A DNA stretch of 46,809 nucleotides from SAR324 cluster bacterium (GTDB lineage: Bacteria; SAR324; XYD2-FULL-50-16). Below the pieces are notes generated by a model, which ran no database searches, was not told the DNA's origin, and saw only the letters and a program-made list of their open reading frames with translations. Where the stretch lies: positions 1-46,809 of the forward strand of contig NVSR01000011.1 of NCBI GenBank assembly GCA_002401295.1, in the 5' to 3' direction. Shown piece by piece: positions 19,256 to 28,754 of the stretch; within the stretch, counting starts at the first letter, position 1; each line of letters starts with the position of its first letter. The translations under genes were made by a program, and so were the position numbers.

Positions 19256-19376
19256 GAAGATTTTGCTCTGAGTTTTCAAAAATCAGAAAAATCAGGCCCT
19301 CCTTTGAAAAAATTCTCCAAACTCTATTTTGAATGTGGATAAATTTGACTACCAAAAATTACAATAAAAATTGAAA

Positions 19377-19400
19377 TTTTAACCTTAATTTTAACCTTAA
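19377..19400. repeat. Tandem 12-mer, two units
   Basis: TTTTAACCTTAA occurs twice in tandem inside the 0.7-kb AT-rich divergent intergenic region. Confidence 0.5.
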
Positions 19401-19954
19401 TTTCACTTTCTTTTTATCGAAAATCCCTTAATTATTCAGTATTTGTCAACTGCAAAAAAAAAAGGCTAGCAGAGTTTGTTGACCTTAACTGGGACCAAAT
19501 TTGACCCGTTTCAATAATCAATTATATCAGCATAATAAGGCAGTGCTTACCTTGCTTACTAATTCTAATAAAAACTATATTTTATGGTTTTTTTGAAAGA
19601 AGTAAAGGTCTTTTAAGGAGGCTTTAATTCTTATATAAAAAACATAAAAAATATAAAAATAATTCATCTTTTATCTGAAAAAAAGTTTAAATTATACACA
19701 ACAATGCTGTTCAAACATTCTTTTTCAGATTGAGACTTGGTGAAGGGTGGTAGGTCACTCTGAATGAGTAGGAGGCAAAGGTTAAATATAATATTAAAGG
19801 GATAAAATAGGGCATTCCTTGATTTAAAATGTCGTTTTATCTAAAACCATATATTTAAGGAACAACTTAGTCGAAACTGATTTTCTTTTACCCCGGTCCG
19901 CCGGATACCCAGAAACTATTTTGGGAAGGGATTCGACCGTGATTGAAGCATTCA

Positions 19955-21448
19955 ATGGATTTAGAAATGAGTCATAATATGTTACCCCACTATCAATCTC
20001 TCGCTCTTTTTACGGACCTCTATCAATTAACCATGGGGTATGGGTATTGGAAATTAGGGAATGCAGGGCAGGAAGCTATTTTCACTTTGAATATTCGGGA
20101 TAATCCTTTTGAAGGGGGCTATACCGTTTGTGCTGGCTTGGGACCCATGATTGAGGCCTTAAAGAACTTTCGCTTTGAAGAAGATGATATTACCTATTTG
20201 GCCAGCTTACGGGGACAGGATGAGATTCCTCTCTTCCCCCAGGATTATTTAGATTATCTAGGGCAGCTGGAGTTGACTTGTGACATTGATGCGGTTCCGG
20301 AAGGCACTGTGGTTTTCCCCCATGAACCTTTGGTTCGGGTGCAAGGACCGATTTTAGAATGCCAAATTCTAGAGACACTGCTTTTAAATATCATTAATTT
20401 TAGCTCTTTAATCGCGACCAAGGCTTCCAGAATATGCTGGGCTGCCAAGGGAGAACCGGTCTTGGAGTTTGGCGCACGACGAGCTCAGGGAATTGACGGT
20501 GGGTTATCCGCAAGTCGAGCTGCTTATATCGGTGGTTGCACGGGAACGAGTAATCTACTAGCGGGTAAATATTACGGAATTCCCGTGAAGGGGACCCACG
20601 CTCACAGCTGGGTGATGAGTTTTGATTCAGAAGCGGAAGCCTTTCAGGAATACGCTGATTGTATGCCTCAGAATTGTGTATTCCTGGTTGATACCTATAA
20701 TACAGTGGAAGGAGTGCGTCAGGCGATTATTGTGGCGCAAAAGATGAAAAAGAAGGGACAAAAACCAATTGGGATCCGCCTGGACTCGGGAGATCTGGCT
20801 TATTTGAGTATTATAGCACGTAAAATGTTGGATAAAGCCGGATTGCAAGAAATGTCTATTGTGGGCAGCAATGATTTGGACGAGTTTATCATTCGCTCTT
20901 TGAAAGGACAGAAGTGTAAAGTTACCGTTTGGGGAGTGGGCACGAATTTGGTCACAGCTGCTGGACAGTCTGCCTTAGGGGGTGTTTATAAGATGACGGC
21001 TATTAAAAAGGAGGGGCAATGGTTCCCTAAAATTAAACTCTCCGAACAAAGTGTAAAAATCAATACTCCTGGAAAATTGCAGCTACGGCGTTTTTTCCGA
21101 AAAAATGGCATGGTGATCGCAGATGCGATCTATGATGAACATCAGCTGAATGAAAAGCCCAGTTGGAAAATTTTTGATCCTAAAGATCCTCTTCGTAGCC
21201 GTAAAATACAGAATTATCATCACTACCAAGATTTGTTGGTTCCCATTTTGAGGCAAGGAAAAGTTGTGTATGATACTCCTGATGTCCATAGTGTTCGCAG
21301 CTATAGCCTGGAGCAAAAGGAAAAATTTCATGCGGGAGTAAAACGTTTTGTACACCCTCATTCTTATCCTGCAGGGTTAGAAGAAAGTCTTCATCAGAAA
21401 AAAGTTGATTTGATTACGCAATTACGGGATGCCAGCTTGCAAACTTAG
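19955..21448 (+). CDS. pncB: Nicotinate phosphoribosyltransferase (long, about 490-aa class)
   Basis: LFTDLYQLTMGYGYWK is the NAPRT N-terminal signature. GTHAHSWVMSF and VDTYN are also present. I chose the ATG at 19955; the track lists a TTG at 19943. Confidence 0.85.
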   Translation: MDLEMSHNMLPHYQSLALFTDLYQLTMGYGYWKLGNAGQEAIFTLNIRDNPFEGGYTVCAGLGPMIEALKNFRFEEDDITYLASLRGQDEIPLFPQDYLDYLGQLELTCDIDAVPEGTVVFPHEPLVRVQGPILECQILETLLLNIINFSSLIATKASRICWAAKGEPVLEFGARRAQGIDGGLSASRAAYIGGCTGTSNLLAGKYYGIPVKGTHAHSWVMSFDSEAEAFQEYADCMPQNCVFLVDTYNTVEGVRQAIIVAQKMKKKGQKPIGIRLDSGDLAYLSIIARKMLDKAGLQEMSIVGSNDLDEFIIRSLKGQKCKVTVWGVGTNLVTAAGQSALGGVYKMTAIKKEGQWFPKIKLSEQSVKINTPGKLQLRRFFRKNGMVIADAIYDEHQLNEKPSWKIFDPKDPLRSRKIQNYHHYQDLLVPILRQGKVVYDTPDVHSVRSYSLEQKEKFHAGVKRFVHPHSYPAGLEESLHQKKVDLITQLRDASLQT

Positions 21449-21532
21449 GAATGAGCCTATAGCATCCAGGAGTATTGCGCAGCAGTATTGCTCAAATTTT
21501 CCCAAAGTAACGTCGGATCTTTTGCAACAGCC

Positions 21533-22426
21533 ATGTCAAAGTTTGAGAAAGTTTATTGTGTCATCAAGCAGTCGGAGCTGGATTTCTATCATGCGACGGA
21601 AGCCAGTGCCAAAAAATTTCCCCGCTTAGGAAAAGCAACCCAGGATCAGATTCAGCTCAGTCATGATAACCAGGTTCAATTTATTGAAACATTTGAGAAT
21701 CTTGCTCTGGAACTCGGATTGCAAATCCGCTTTGCGCGAGAAAGAGAAATGGATCAAATTCATCCTGGTAGCAATGATTTGGTGATCAGTTGCGGTGGAG
21801 ATGGTACCTTTTTGACTTGTGCTCAGAAGTACCAGACTTCCATTCTCTTGGGCATGAATTCCGATTATAAGCCCAAAGCAGGGCCTGGTAGCTTCGGAGC
21901 ATTGACCTCGACCAATCGCACGACTTTGAAGAAAAATCTGCTTCGTCTCTTGGAAGGAGATTACTTCATTGATCACTGGAACCGTCTGCAGGTTACGATT
22001 AACGGAAAAGCCATCGACCGTTATGCCGTCAATGATATTTACTTCGGACAAAAAATTGCTTACCAAACTTGTGATATCACCGTGATTCAATCAGAGATCG
22101 AGCAAGACTTTAATTGCTCGGGATTACTTTGCTGTACCGGTATGGGCAGCCACGCCTGGTATTACAATGCGGGAGGCAGTCCCTTCAGTAATGAATTGGA
22201 TGCTTTTGGATTTAGTGCTCTGTTCCCCAACTTGAAACGAACGATGAAATATTCATCGGGTATCGTTTCCAGTCGGCATGAGCTCACCATGATTCCTCAG
22301 GGAGATAATTACATTCTCTCCTTTGACTCGAAACTTGATGTGATTGAAACAGAGTTAGGCGATAAAATCAGAGTTTCTCTAGCGCCCAAACCAGTACGAG
22401 TGGTTTCTTTTGAGCAGGAAAAATAA
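21533..22426 (+). CDS. NAD kinase-like protein (divergent)
   Basis: GGDGTFL and NDIYF motifs are present. The third motif reads GSHAWYYNAGG rather than the usual GSTAY..SAGGP. I chose the ATG at 21533 (MSKFEKVY) over the TTG at 21488. Confidence 0.65.
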   Translation: MSKFEKVYCVIKQSELDFYHATEASAKKFPRLGKATQDQIQLSHDNQVQFIETFENLALELGLQIRFAREREMDQIHPGSNDLVISCGGDGTFLTCAQKYQTSILLGMNSDYKPKAGPGSFGALTSTNRTTLKKNLLRLLEGDYFIDHWNRLQVTINGKAIDRYAVNDIYFGQKIAYQTCDITVIQSEIEQDFNCSGLLCCTGMGSHAWYYNAGGSPFSNELDAFGFSALFPNLKRTMKYSSGIVSSRHELTMIPQGDNYILSFDSKLDVIETELGDKIRVSLAPKPVRVVSFEQEK

Positions 22427-22537
22427 CTTTTCTAAATGCTTGAGTTCGCATTATCTTAGGAATTAAGGCTGATTGATCAGTACTTTAGTACGTCTGCGTT
22501 TTTTTAGGTCCCATATCAAAACTAAACGGATAAAACC

Positions 22538-23479
22538 ATGCAAGCCCCACTGAAAATTATTTCCGGTACCTCTCACCCAAGCTTCACTCAAGAGATTTGC
22601 GAGCATTTGTCGACTGAAGTTTCGGATATTGAAACTATTGTGTTCAGCAATCAGAACATGTTAGTTCGTATCCTGGAGAATGTGAGGGAGGCTGATATCT
22701 TTGTGGTGCAGACCTCATGCCCACCAGTGAGTGATAATATCATGGAGACCTTCTTGTTATTGGATGCACTCAAGCATTCTTCCGCCGCAAGAGTCACCGC
22801 TGTACTGCCTTACTTCCCTTACGTGAGATCTGATAAGAAAGATCAGCCTCGAATTTCCATTGCAGCCAGATTGATGGCAAACTTGCTGCAAACAGCCGGG
22901 GCTCAAAAGTTCCTGACCATGGATCTGCACTCACCACAGATTCAAGGGTTTTTCGATGTACCTGTGGATCAGTTACTAGCGACGGATGTTATCTGTGACT
23001 ATTATAAGTCACAAAATCTAGAAAATTTTGTGCTGGTTGCAGCGGATGTAGGGGAATCCAAAGCTTTAGGACGTTATGCCAATCGACTCAATCTGCCCAT
23101 GGCGATTATTGACAAGCGTCGAATCGGTAATACGGATACGGTAGTCCCTACTCATTTGATTGGTGATGTGGCCGGTAAGCATGCACTGTTGATTGATGAT
23201 GAAGTGGCGTCAGCGGGAACTCTTTGTAAGGCAGCGGAATTTTTGAAGAGAAAAGGCGCGCTAACCGTGAATGCGGCGGCGGTACATCCCGTGCTCAGTG
23301 GCAATGCTTTGGAACGGATTACTGAGAGTGCATTGGATGAGTTGATTGTGACCAATACTCTGCCTGTTGCTGATAAAGCAGCTCAATGTCCTAAGATTAA
23401 AGTTCTCTCAGTCGCACCACTCTTTGCCAGTGCGATCCAACGCATCCATAGTGGTGAATCGATCAGTGTTTTATTCTAA
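22538..23479 (+). CDS. prs: Ribose-phosphate pyrophosphokinase family protein
   Basis: 313 aa and collinear with Prs: DIFVVQTSCPP, LPYFPYVRSDKK, MDLHSPQIQGFFDVPVD and LIDDEVASAGTL. The flexible-loop region (VRSDKKDQPRISI) differs from the canonical ARQDR. Confidence 0.8.
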   Translation: MQAPLKIISGTSHPSFTQEICEHLSTEVSDIETIVFSNQNMLVRILENVREADIFVVQTSCPPVSDNIMETFLLLDALKHSSAARVTAVLPYFPYVRSDKKDQPRISIAARLMANLLQTAGAQKFLTMDLHSPQIQGFFDVPVDQLLATDVICDYYKSQNLENFVLVAADVGESKALGRYANRLNLPMAIIDKRRIGNTDTVVPTHLIGDVAGKHALLIDDEVASAGTLCKAAEFLKRKGALTVNAAAVHPVLSGNALERITESALDELIVTNTLPVADKAAQCPKIKVLSVAPLFASAIQRIHSGESISVLF

Positions 23480-23543
23480 GTGAAATAGCAGCAAGGGGAC
23501 TCTCGCGTCTTAACGCGGGAATGTCTGCTAACTGTGGATACCT

Positions 23544-23574
23544 TGCTCAGCTTACGCATCATGCAGGCTGAGCA
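23544..23574. terminator. Hairpin between convergent prs and flgE
   Basis: TGCTCAGC-(15 nt)-GCTGAGCA forms an 8-bp stem. Confidence 0.35.
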
Positions 23575-23585
23575 GCGTATTCATT

Positions 23586-25061
23586 TTATCGTTTCATTTG
23601 TACCAGATCCGCAGAAATCTCATCCGCAGTGGTTACCGTTTTGGCATTCGCCTGGAAAGAACGTTGCAATTCAATCATTTTTACGAATTCATTACTAAGT
23701 TCCACATTGGAGCGCTCCAAAGATTTGGAACGAACCACACCGATACCACTCTTGCCGGGATCGTCATGAATGGCTACGCCTGATCCCATAGTTTCCTTAT
23801 ACATGTTCTCCCCGACAATCTCTAATTGCTCACTGGCTTTAAAGTTTGCGAGTGCCATCCGTCCCAAGGCACGGACGTTGCCCGAGCTAAAGGCACCTTC
23901 GATGGTACCATCGGAACGAATGAAAACATTCTCAATAGTTCCGGCGATCTGACCATCAGCCGTAGCGGTGATGACTTTATAATCCGTGGCGAATTGAGTT
24001 AATCCATCCAATCCTGTCCTGGTATCGAAGGGATCTTCCGGATTACTGCCTTTGCCAAGGCTAATCCCAATAATCTGATCTCCTCCAGACCCCTTAAAGT
24101 TGACTGACACTTGATTCGTCGCGTCTGCGTCTTTTGGCTTCCGACTCATCTGTACCGGACCGGGAGGTGTATTTGGTGGTGATCCTGCGGGTGGAGGTAA
24201 TTGCTCGATCACACCGGCATAGTCTTTGGCCAAACGTCCATCATTGGTGAATTCGATGAAACCACCGCCCAAGGCCTTTTTCAAGGTGGGGTTACCTCCC
24301 TCTAAGTCCTCCCCAGGGGATAATACGATCCATTGCCAATTATTTGTGATTGCCGTACCCGGAATCGGCTGCTGAGTCTGTGGATTTATTTGGGGTGGCT
24401 GATCCGGGATTTTACGAAAGGCCACTGTCAGAGGATGCTTGTTACCCTTACTATCGTAGGTGGTCACGGCAGTGGAAAAATTATACATGTCTGAGGTGAC
24501 ATTCTCATAATCGACCTCGACTTTGGGGGTCACAGCGTTGGAATCCAGGTTAGCTGCTATGTTGATTCCAGTTCCCACCTTGACACCGTTGCCTGTCGCA
24601 ATCGGAGGATCTACCTGATCAAGAATATTTACTGCTTTGATATTACCAATGCTTTGTAGTGTATCCGGGTCCACGTCACGTACCTGGACTTTTCTCCCAC
24701 TTTGGGTCGCTAAGAATCCATCTTTATCATAGGAAAAATTACCGGCACGAGTGTAGAAAGACTTGCCGAATTTATCTTTAACGGTAAAGAAACCTTTCCC
24801 ATCAATGGCAACGTCCGTCTCTAACTCTGTGATTTCTAAGGAACCTTGAGTTTGAATGTTTTGAATATTACCGATCTGTACACCTTGACCAATATTGGTT
24901 CCCTGTTGTGTGGAGGTCGCCAATAGGTCCTGAAAATTGGCTCGATTATATTTGAAGCCGACCGTATTCACATTAGCAATATTACTACCGGTTATGGTCA
25001 TCGCATCGGTGTAAGTTTTAACCCCACTAGCGCCACTGTATAATGCACTGATCATGAGCAA
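23586..25061 (-). CDS. flgE: Flagellar hook protein FlgE
   Basis: 491 aa. The N-terminus is SALYSGASGVKTYTDAMTITGSNIANVNTVGFK and the C-terminus is LERSNVELSNEFVKMIELQRSFQANAKTVTTADEI. These are the conserved flagellar rod/hook termini. Confidence 0.9.
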   Translation of the reverse strand: MLMISALYSGASGVKTYTDAMTITGSNIANVNTVGFKYNRANFQDLLATSTQQGTNIGQGVQIGNIQNIQTQGSLEITELETDVAIDGKGFFTVKDKFGKSFYTRAGNFSYDKDGFLATQSGRKVQVRDVDPDTLQSIGNIKAVNILDQVDPPIATGNGVKVGTGINIAANLDSNAVTPKVEVDYENVTSDMYNFSTAVTTYDSKGNKHPLTVAFRKIPDQPPQINPQTQQPIPGTAITNNWQWIVLSPGEDLEGGNPTLKKALGGGFIEFTNDGRLAKDYAGVIEQLPPPAGSPPNTPPGPVQMSRKPKDADATNQVSVNFKGSGGDQIIGISLGKGSNPEDPFDTRTGLDGLTQFATDYKVITATADGQIAGTIENVFIRSDGTIEGAFSSGNVRALGRMALANFKASEQLEIVGENMYKETMGSGVAIHDDPGKSGIGVVRSKSLERSNVELSNEFVKMIELQRSFQANAKTVTTADEISADLVQMKR

Positions 25062-25160
25062 ATCTCCTGATAATATTCAGCCCTTCCTGGGCATTGTCTC
25101 TTTGGGAGAAGAGCCTTGGCCTTCCCCAAAATTATGGATAACATCCTTGTTTCTTAGGGA

Positions 25161-25928
25161 TTAGCCCTCGGTGGGATGCTTAAGCATGCCTTTTGGTTGT
25201 AAATTCCTAATCATCGATAAAGGATTGGTCTTACCGAATAACTGCTGAGATGCCGTGTCTACAGCTTTGATAGCGGAAAGTGGTAAACTTCTCCCTTTGA
25301 TATTCATCCAGGGTACACCTTGGCGGTACTCTAAGTTGGTCACACGTCCGCTGCTGTAAGGATCGATGTTTTTTGAGGTACCATCGGGGAATGTCGCTAA
25401 CAGTCTAATATTGTAATTTCCATCACCCATCATGGTGCCTTCTCGATTTTTACCATCCCAAAGGAATTGATGCCTTCCCGAGCCTAGAAGTCCCAACTGT
25501 TCTGTTGTGATGGGAGAGCCGTCCTTGCCTTCGACAGTCACTCGTAAGTCCGTCACTTCTTTGTCGAGTGTAAAATAGACCGGTTTGCCTGCACCATGAC
25601 TCACTTCAACATAGGGTTGATCGATTTTGACATCTTTATTGAGAAACTGCAGGGCTTGCATGCGTGTCGATTCAGATTGTTTGGAATTCAGGGTCTTCAA
25701 CTCGGTATGGATGTTTTCCAACTGTTCCATGCTGCCCATTTGCGCTAACTGAGACATCATCGCACCACTATCCATAGGCGACATGGGATCCTGATTGCTG
25801 AGCTGAGTCATGAAAAGGTTTAGAAACTCCCTCTTTCCCAATTCCCCATTATCCTGATTAGACTTGCTGGCTTTGTTTCGTAATGAACTTTGGGCCTGTT
25901 GCAAGGCATTATTTGTATTGATACTCAT
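25161..25928 (-). CDS. flgD: Flagellar hook capping/assembly protein FlgD
   Basis: FLNLFMTQLSNQDPMSPMD is the FlgD signature and the C-terminal domain is FlgD-like. I chose the ATG at 25928, which has GGGGTGG upstream, over the TTG at 25955. Confidence 0.85.
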   Translation of the reverse strand: MSINTNNALQQAQSSLRNKASKSNQDNGELGKREFLNLFMTQLSNQDPMSPMDSGAMMSQLAQMGSMEQLENIHTELKTLNSKQSESTRMQALQFLNKDVKIDQPYVEVSHGAGKPVYFTLDKEVTDLRVTVEGKDGSPITTEQLGLLGSGRHQFLWDGKNREGTMMGDGNYNIRLLATFPDGTSKNIDPYSSGRVTNLEYRQGVPWMNIKGRSLPLSAIKAVDTASQQLFGKTNPLSMIRNLQPKGMLKHPTEG

Positions 25929-25947
25929 GCCACCCCTTGAAGAGAAA

Positions 25948-27297
25948 TTACGCAATAATATTTAAGCCACCTGCAGCTTGCCTATGGGTAGCGGAAGAAA
26001 TGGGAGCCCTTTCAGTGCTTTGCTCCCGATCAATTTGGTTGGTAGATGCATAACTAGTACCGGATTGAGAAAAATCTTGTTGATTTTTTCCATCAGCGAA
26101 GGAAAAGGCGGTGGGTTGCTCTCCTTCGTCATTCACCAGAATAGAGAAATCTTCTATTTCCAGGCCTTGTTCTTCCATGCCTTTCTGTAATTCTGTGAGC
26201 TGGCTTTCCAAGGCTTCTTTGGCCTCTTTACTTTCCACTCGCAACTCCGCTACCAGTTTGCCCGTCTCTTCATTCTTTCTGAGTGTCAGTTCCAGTTTCC
26301 CTAAATGTAGTGGGGACAAACTCATCACCATCTCATTCTTTTCAGCGGATAGCATAATCTTTACCTTTCCCAATACTTTCGGCATCTCTATCTCTTCTGC
26401 CGTTGGTGCGTTTGCAGCGGTTGTTTTGCTTGTAAACTCACCTTTGCTAGCATCTTTGATGATGTTCTCAGTATTACCCACTGAGTTTTGATTTTGATTG
26501 GTAGCAAGATTATTTTTTGCTTTACTGCCTAATAGCGCTTCAAAGGATGATTTTGGGGTTGTACCACTCATTTGCTGCTGCAGTGATGGAGTCTTAGCTA
26601 AGGAATCACCCGATTTAACCTCTGCCATATTGGCAGCTTGAGCTTTCTGTGTATTGGATTCACGCATCAGCTGTGAGAGGGAAAGTTGGTGATTTTTTCG
26701 CCCCCACTGATTTTGAGATGCATCCTGCTGTGAGAAAGGTTTTTGATCCAGATCATAGTTTTTCATACTCTTTTCATCCTTGCGGTTCACCAAATCCGCA
26801 AAGCTGTTTTTTGCCTGTTGAGTCCCTTCCTCTTCCTGAAGGCCGGGATTTGCTAAGTCTGTCTTTTCCGTATTGACTCGCTCTTTGACCAACTCAGTGT
26901 AAGCACGCCCTTTTTGCACAAACTTCGTTTGCTGAGCCAGTTGGAGATTTTCCTCAACATCTATTTTGTTCAAATGATCTCCTTGCTGTAGATCTTCCAG
27001 AGCAAGGGATTCATTTTGACTATTTTTCAACAAACCTTGCTGTAACATGGTCAAGGCCAGGTTATCCTGTGTTACATCCTGACTTTTTATCTTTCTCTCT
27101 CGGTTTTTTTCAGATTCTTGCTGATCAATGCGTTCCTTTTCAGATTGCATATCTCGGCTAGGTTTGAGTTCCATTTCCTGGTCAGCCTGGCTCAATTGGC
27201 TTTCGAACAGTTGTTGGCGTGATAAGTCAAACTCCATGGCGGTGCTGCTGGTGTTTGTTATCTGGTTTGCAGTATTGCTAACTTGATTGATATTCAT
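25948..27297 (-). CDS. fliK: Flagellar hook-length control protein FliK-like
   Basis: The protein is low-complexity and Q/N/S-rich. The conserved C-terminal block is LSPLHLGKLELTLRKNE.GKLVAELRVESKEAKEALESQL.EL. It lies upstream of flgD and flgE. The ATG at 27297 has GGAAGGAG upstream. Confidence 0.7.
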   Translation of the reverse strand: MNINQVSNTANQITNTSSTAMEFDLSRQQLFESQLSQADQEMELKPSRDMQSEKERIDQQESEKNRERKIKSQDVTQDNLALTMLQQGLLKNSQNESLALEDLQQGDHLNKIDVEENLQLAQQTKFVQKGRAYTELVKERVNTEKTDLANPGLQEEEGTQQAKNSFADLVNRKDEKSMKNYDLDQKPFSQQDASQNQWGRKNHQLSLSQLMRESNTQKAQAANMAEVKSGDSLAKTPSLQQQMSGTTPKSSFEALLGSKAKNNLATNQNQNSVGNTENIIKDASKGEFTSKTTAANAPTAEEIEMPKVLGKVKIMLSAEKNEMVMSLSPLHLGKLELTLRKNEETGKLVAELRVESKEAKEALESQLTELQKGMEEQGLEIEDFSILVNDEGEQPTAFSFADGKNQQDFSQSGTSYASTNQIDREQSTERAPISSATHRQAAGGLNIIA

Positions 27298-27349
27298 AGA
27301 AACTCCTTCCACCTGGATATTTGCTGCGCTCAACGTTCATGAAATTAGA

Positions 27350-27940
27350 TTATTCTTTGGTCTCATCTCGATTACTTTTAAATCGGGTTACTCTCTCTGT
27401 AATTTCTACTGCGACTTCTGGATTCAATAACTGCATGACAGCCGAGGCTTTTCTGGGATTCATTCTCAAGAGGAGATGAGTGGCTGTCTGCCGGTCCATG
27501 CGATTGAAAAAGACGGCGGTATTTTCCGGTGCCATGGTTTCGTAATAGCGAACCATTTTAGAAATATCCCGCTCATCCATTTCTTTACGAGTTTTTCGCT
27601 CCGTTTCTACTCTGGCCGCCAAGCCACGCATTTGATCCAGTTTTTGCTCAATTTGCTGGGAGAGGTTTTTGAGTTCATTGGCTTTTTTTTGATGTAAGGC
27701 CTCCCTCTTTTTCAACTCCTCTTCCCGCTTTTTGAGTGCTATCAGTATTTTTAATTCTGATTCTGAGAAGCTACGGGGCCTATTCTCCTCAGTTACCTGG
27801 GCACTGGACTCCTCTTCAAAGGTGCCCGGTTTGATTTTATTGACCCATTCTTTAGCTTTTGCCATGCCATAGACGTTGGCCTGACCCAGGGTAAGGCATA
27901 GTAAACAAAGGAGAATGATTTTTCTTCCAGGGATTTGCAT
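27350..27940 (-). CDS. MotE/YlxF-like flagellar protein (MgtE-N-like domain)
   Basis: It has a signal or anchor segment, then a coiled coil, then MAPENTAVFFNRMDRQTATHLLLRMNPRKASAVMQLLNPEVAVEITE. It occupies the position between fliJ and fliK seen in fla operons. Confidence 0.55.
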   Translation of the reverse strand: MQIPGRKIILLCLLCLTLGQANVYGMAKAKEWVNKIKPGTFEEESSAQVTEENRPRSFSESELKILIALKKREEELKKREALHQKKANELKNLSQQIEQKLDQMRGLAARVETERKTRKEMDERDISKMVRYYETMAPENTAVFFNRMDRQTATHLLLRMNPRKASAVMQLLNPEVAVEITERVTRFKSNRDETKE

Positions 27941-27955
27941 GAGTATAGACCAGGA

Positions 27956-28399
27956 TCAAATTCTTTTTTGTATAAATAGGCTGGAGGCAACTTCATCCAT
28001 GAAGTGCTGCTCCTGTTTGGCAAGTTTTTCCCAATAGCGTTTTTTTTCCCTTTCCTTCAGGATTTCCATCGTCTTTTTGGCTTTACTAGCGGCCAGCAAC
28101 AGTTGCTGCTTTTCAGCTACTTTTTCCTTTGCTGTGGTGAGTTCCTGATTGGAAAGGGTCAGATCTTTTTTCATCTTTTCTTTGAATGTACTCGCGAATT
28201 TCATTTGGTTAATGGTAAATTTCCCCGACTGTTTGGCTTGGTTTAACTGTTGGTCAGAATCCGTTACTTTGGACTCCATTTCATTGATGTTATTTTGAAT
28301 TTTTCTTTCGACAGCTACCTTGTCGGCCAACTCTTTCATCTTTATTTTCTCTTCCCGAGCTCGAACATCAAGAGCTGTTTCTAAGGAAAACCGAAACAT
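27956..28399 (-). CDS. fliJ: FliJ-like flagellar export chaperone
   Basis: The ATG at 28399 has AGGAGG 6 nt upstream. MFRFSLETALDVRAREEKIKMKEL opens an all-coiled-coil protein of about 147 aa. The track's longer form from 28486 has no better support. Confidence 0.6.
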   Translation of the reverse strand: MFRFSLETALDVRAREEKIKMKELADKVAVERKIQNNINEMESKVTDSDQQLNQAKQSGKFTINQMKFASTFKEKMKKDLTLSNQELTTAKEKVAEKQQLLLAASKAKKTMEILKEREKKRYWEKLAKQEQHFMDEVASSLFIQKRI

Positions 28400-28481
28400 A
28401 ATTCCTCCTGCTAGTGACTCAAATAATAAACCTGCTTGCTCTGTTAAAGAAGGGCTTCCAGCAAAAACTTCAGGGAATAAA

Positions 28482-28497
28482 TTCAAGAGACATGCCT
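28482..28497 (-). promoter_or_regulatory. Candidate sigma-54 promoter for the fliJ-flgE operon
   Basis: The minus strand reads GGCATG-tctc-TTGAA, against the consensus GGCACG-N4-TTGC. It lies about 85 nt upstream of the fliJ ATG. Confidence 0.3.
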
Positions 28498-28606
28498 ATT
28501 CGCCTAAAAAATAATCAGTCTAAAAAAATCTTAGGATTTTTTGCTGGAAAATAACCGCTATATCATTGAAAAAATAATAATTTTGTAAAGATAAGCGGAG
28601 TGCCTC

Positions 28607-28636
28607 TTGACATGATCTATCTAGGCAAAGTAGATT
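28607..28636 (+). promoter_or_regulatory. Candidate sigma-70 promoter of metK
   Basis: TTGACA-(18 nt)-TAGATT, about 120 nt upstream of the metK ATG. Confidence 0.35.
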
Positions 28637-28754
28637 TTCCGTTACTCGGAATTTATTTTTTAGACCATCCGGTCGCATCCTTAAAAATTCAAGGAGTATC
28701 CGGTTGCAGTACAAATTGTATCAATCAGTTCTTTCCTAATATTAAGGAGTTATA

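Noticed and set aside
19825-19840. 12-mer AAATGTCGTTTT shared between the pncB upstream region and 39006..39017
   Set aside because: It is a single short match in very AT-rich DNA. It is not palindromic in the first location. Chance occurrence is plausible.
19280-19942. CRISPR-like or array-like structure in the AT-rich region
   Set aside because: Only a two-unit 12-mer and homopolymer runs are present. There are no regularly spaced repeats of 24-40 nt anywhere in the window.
19955-23479. Reading the pncB / NadK-like / Prs-like trio as a phage-type NAD-reconstitution (anti-defence) module
   Set aside because: The first gene carries the NAPRT signature rather than a NAMPT-type one. The Prs-like protein is collinear with housekeeping Prs. 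The flanks are core chromosomal genes with no phage or mobile markers. I kept it only as a low-interest finding about divergent paralogues.
28520-28754. Possible SAM riboswitch in the metK leader
   Set aside because: I found a plausible promoter, a 5-bp hairpin followed by a T-run (28637..28661) and a few short stems. I could not fit SAM-I, SAM-II/V, SAM-III or SAM/SAH consensus features by eye. An Infernal scan with Rfam models is needed before any claim.
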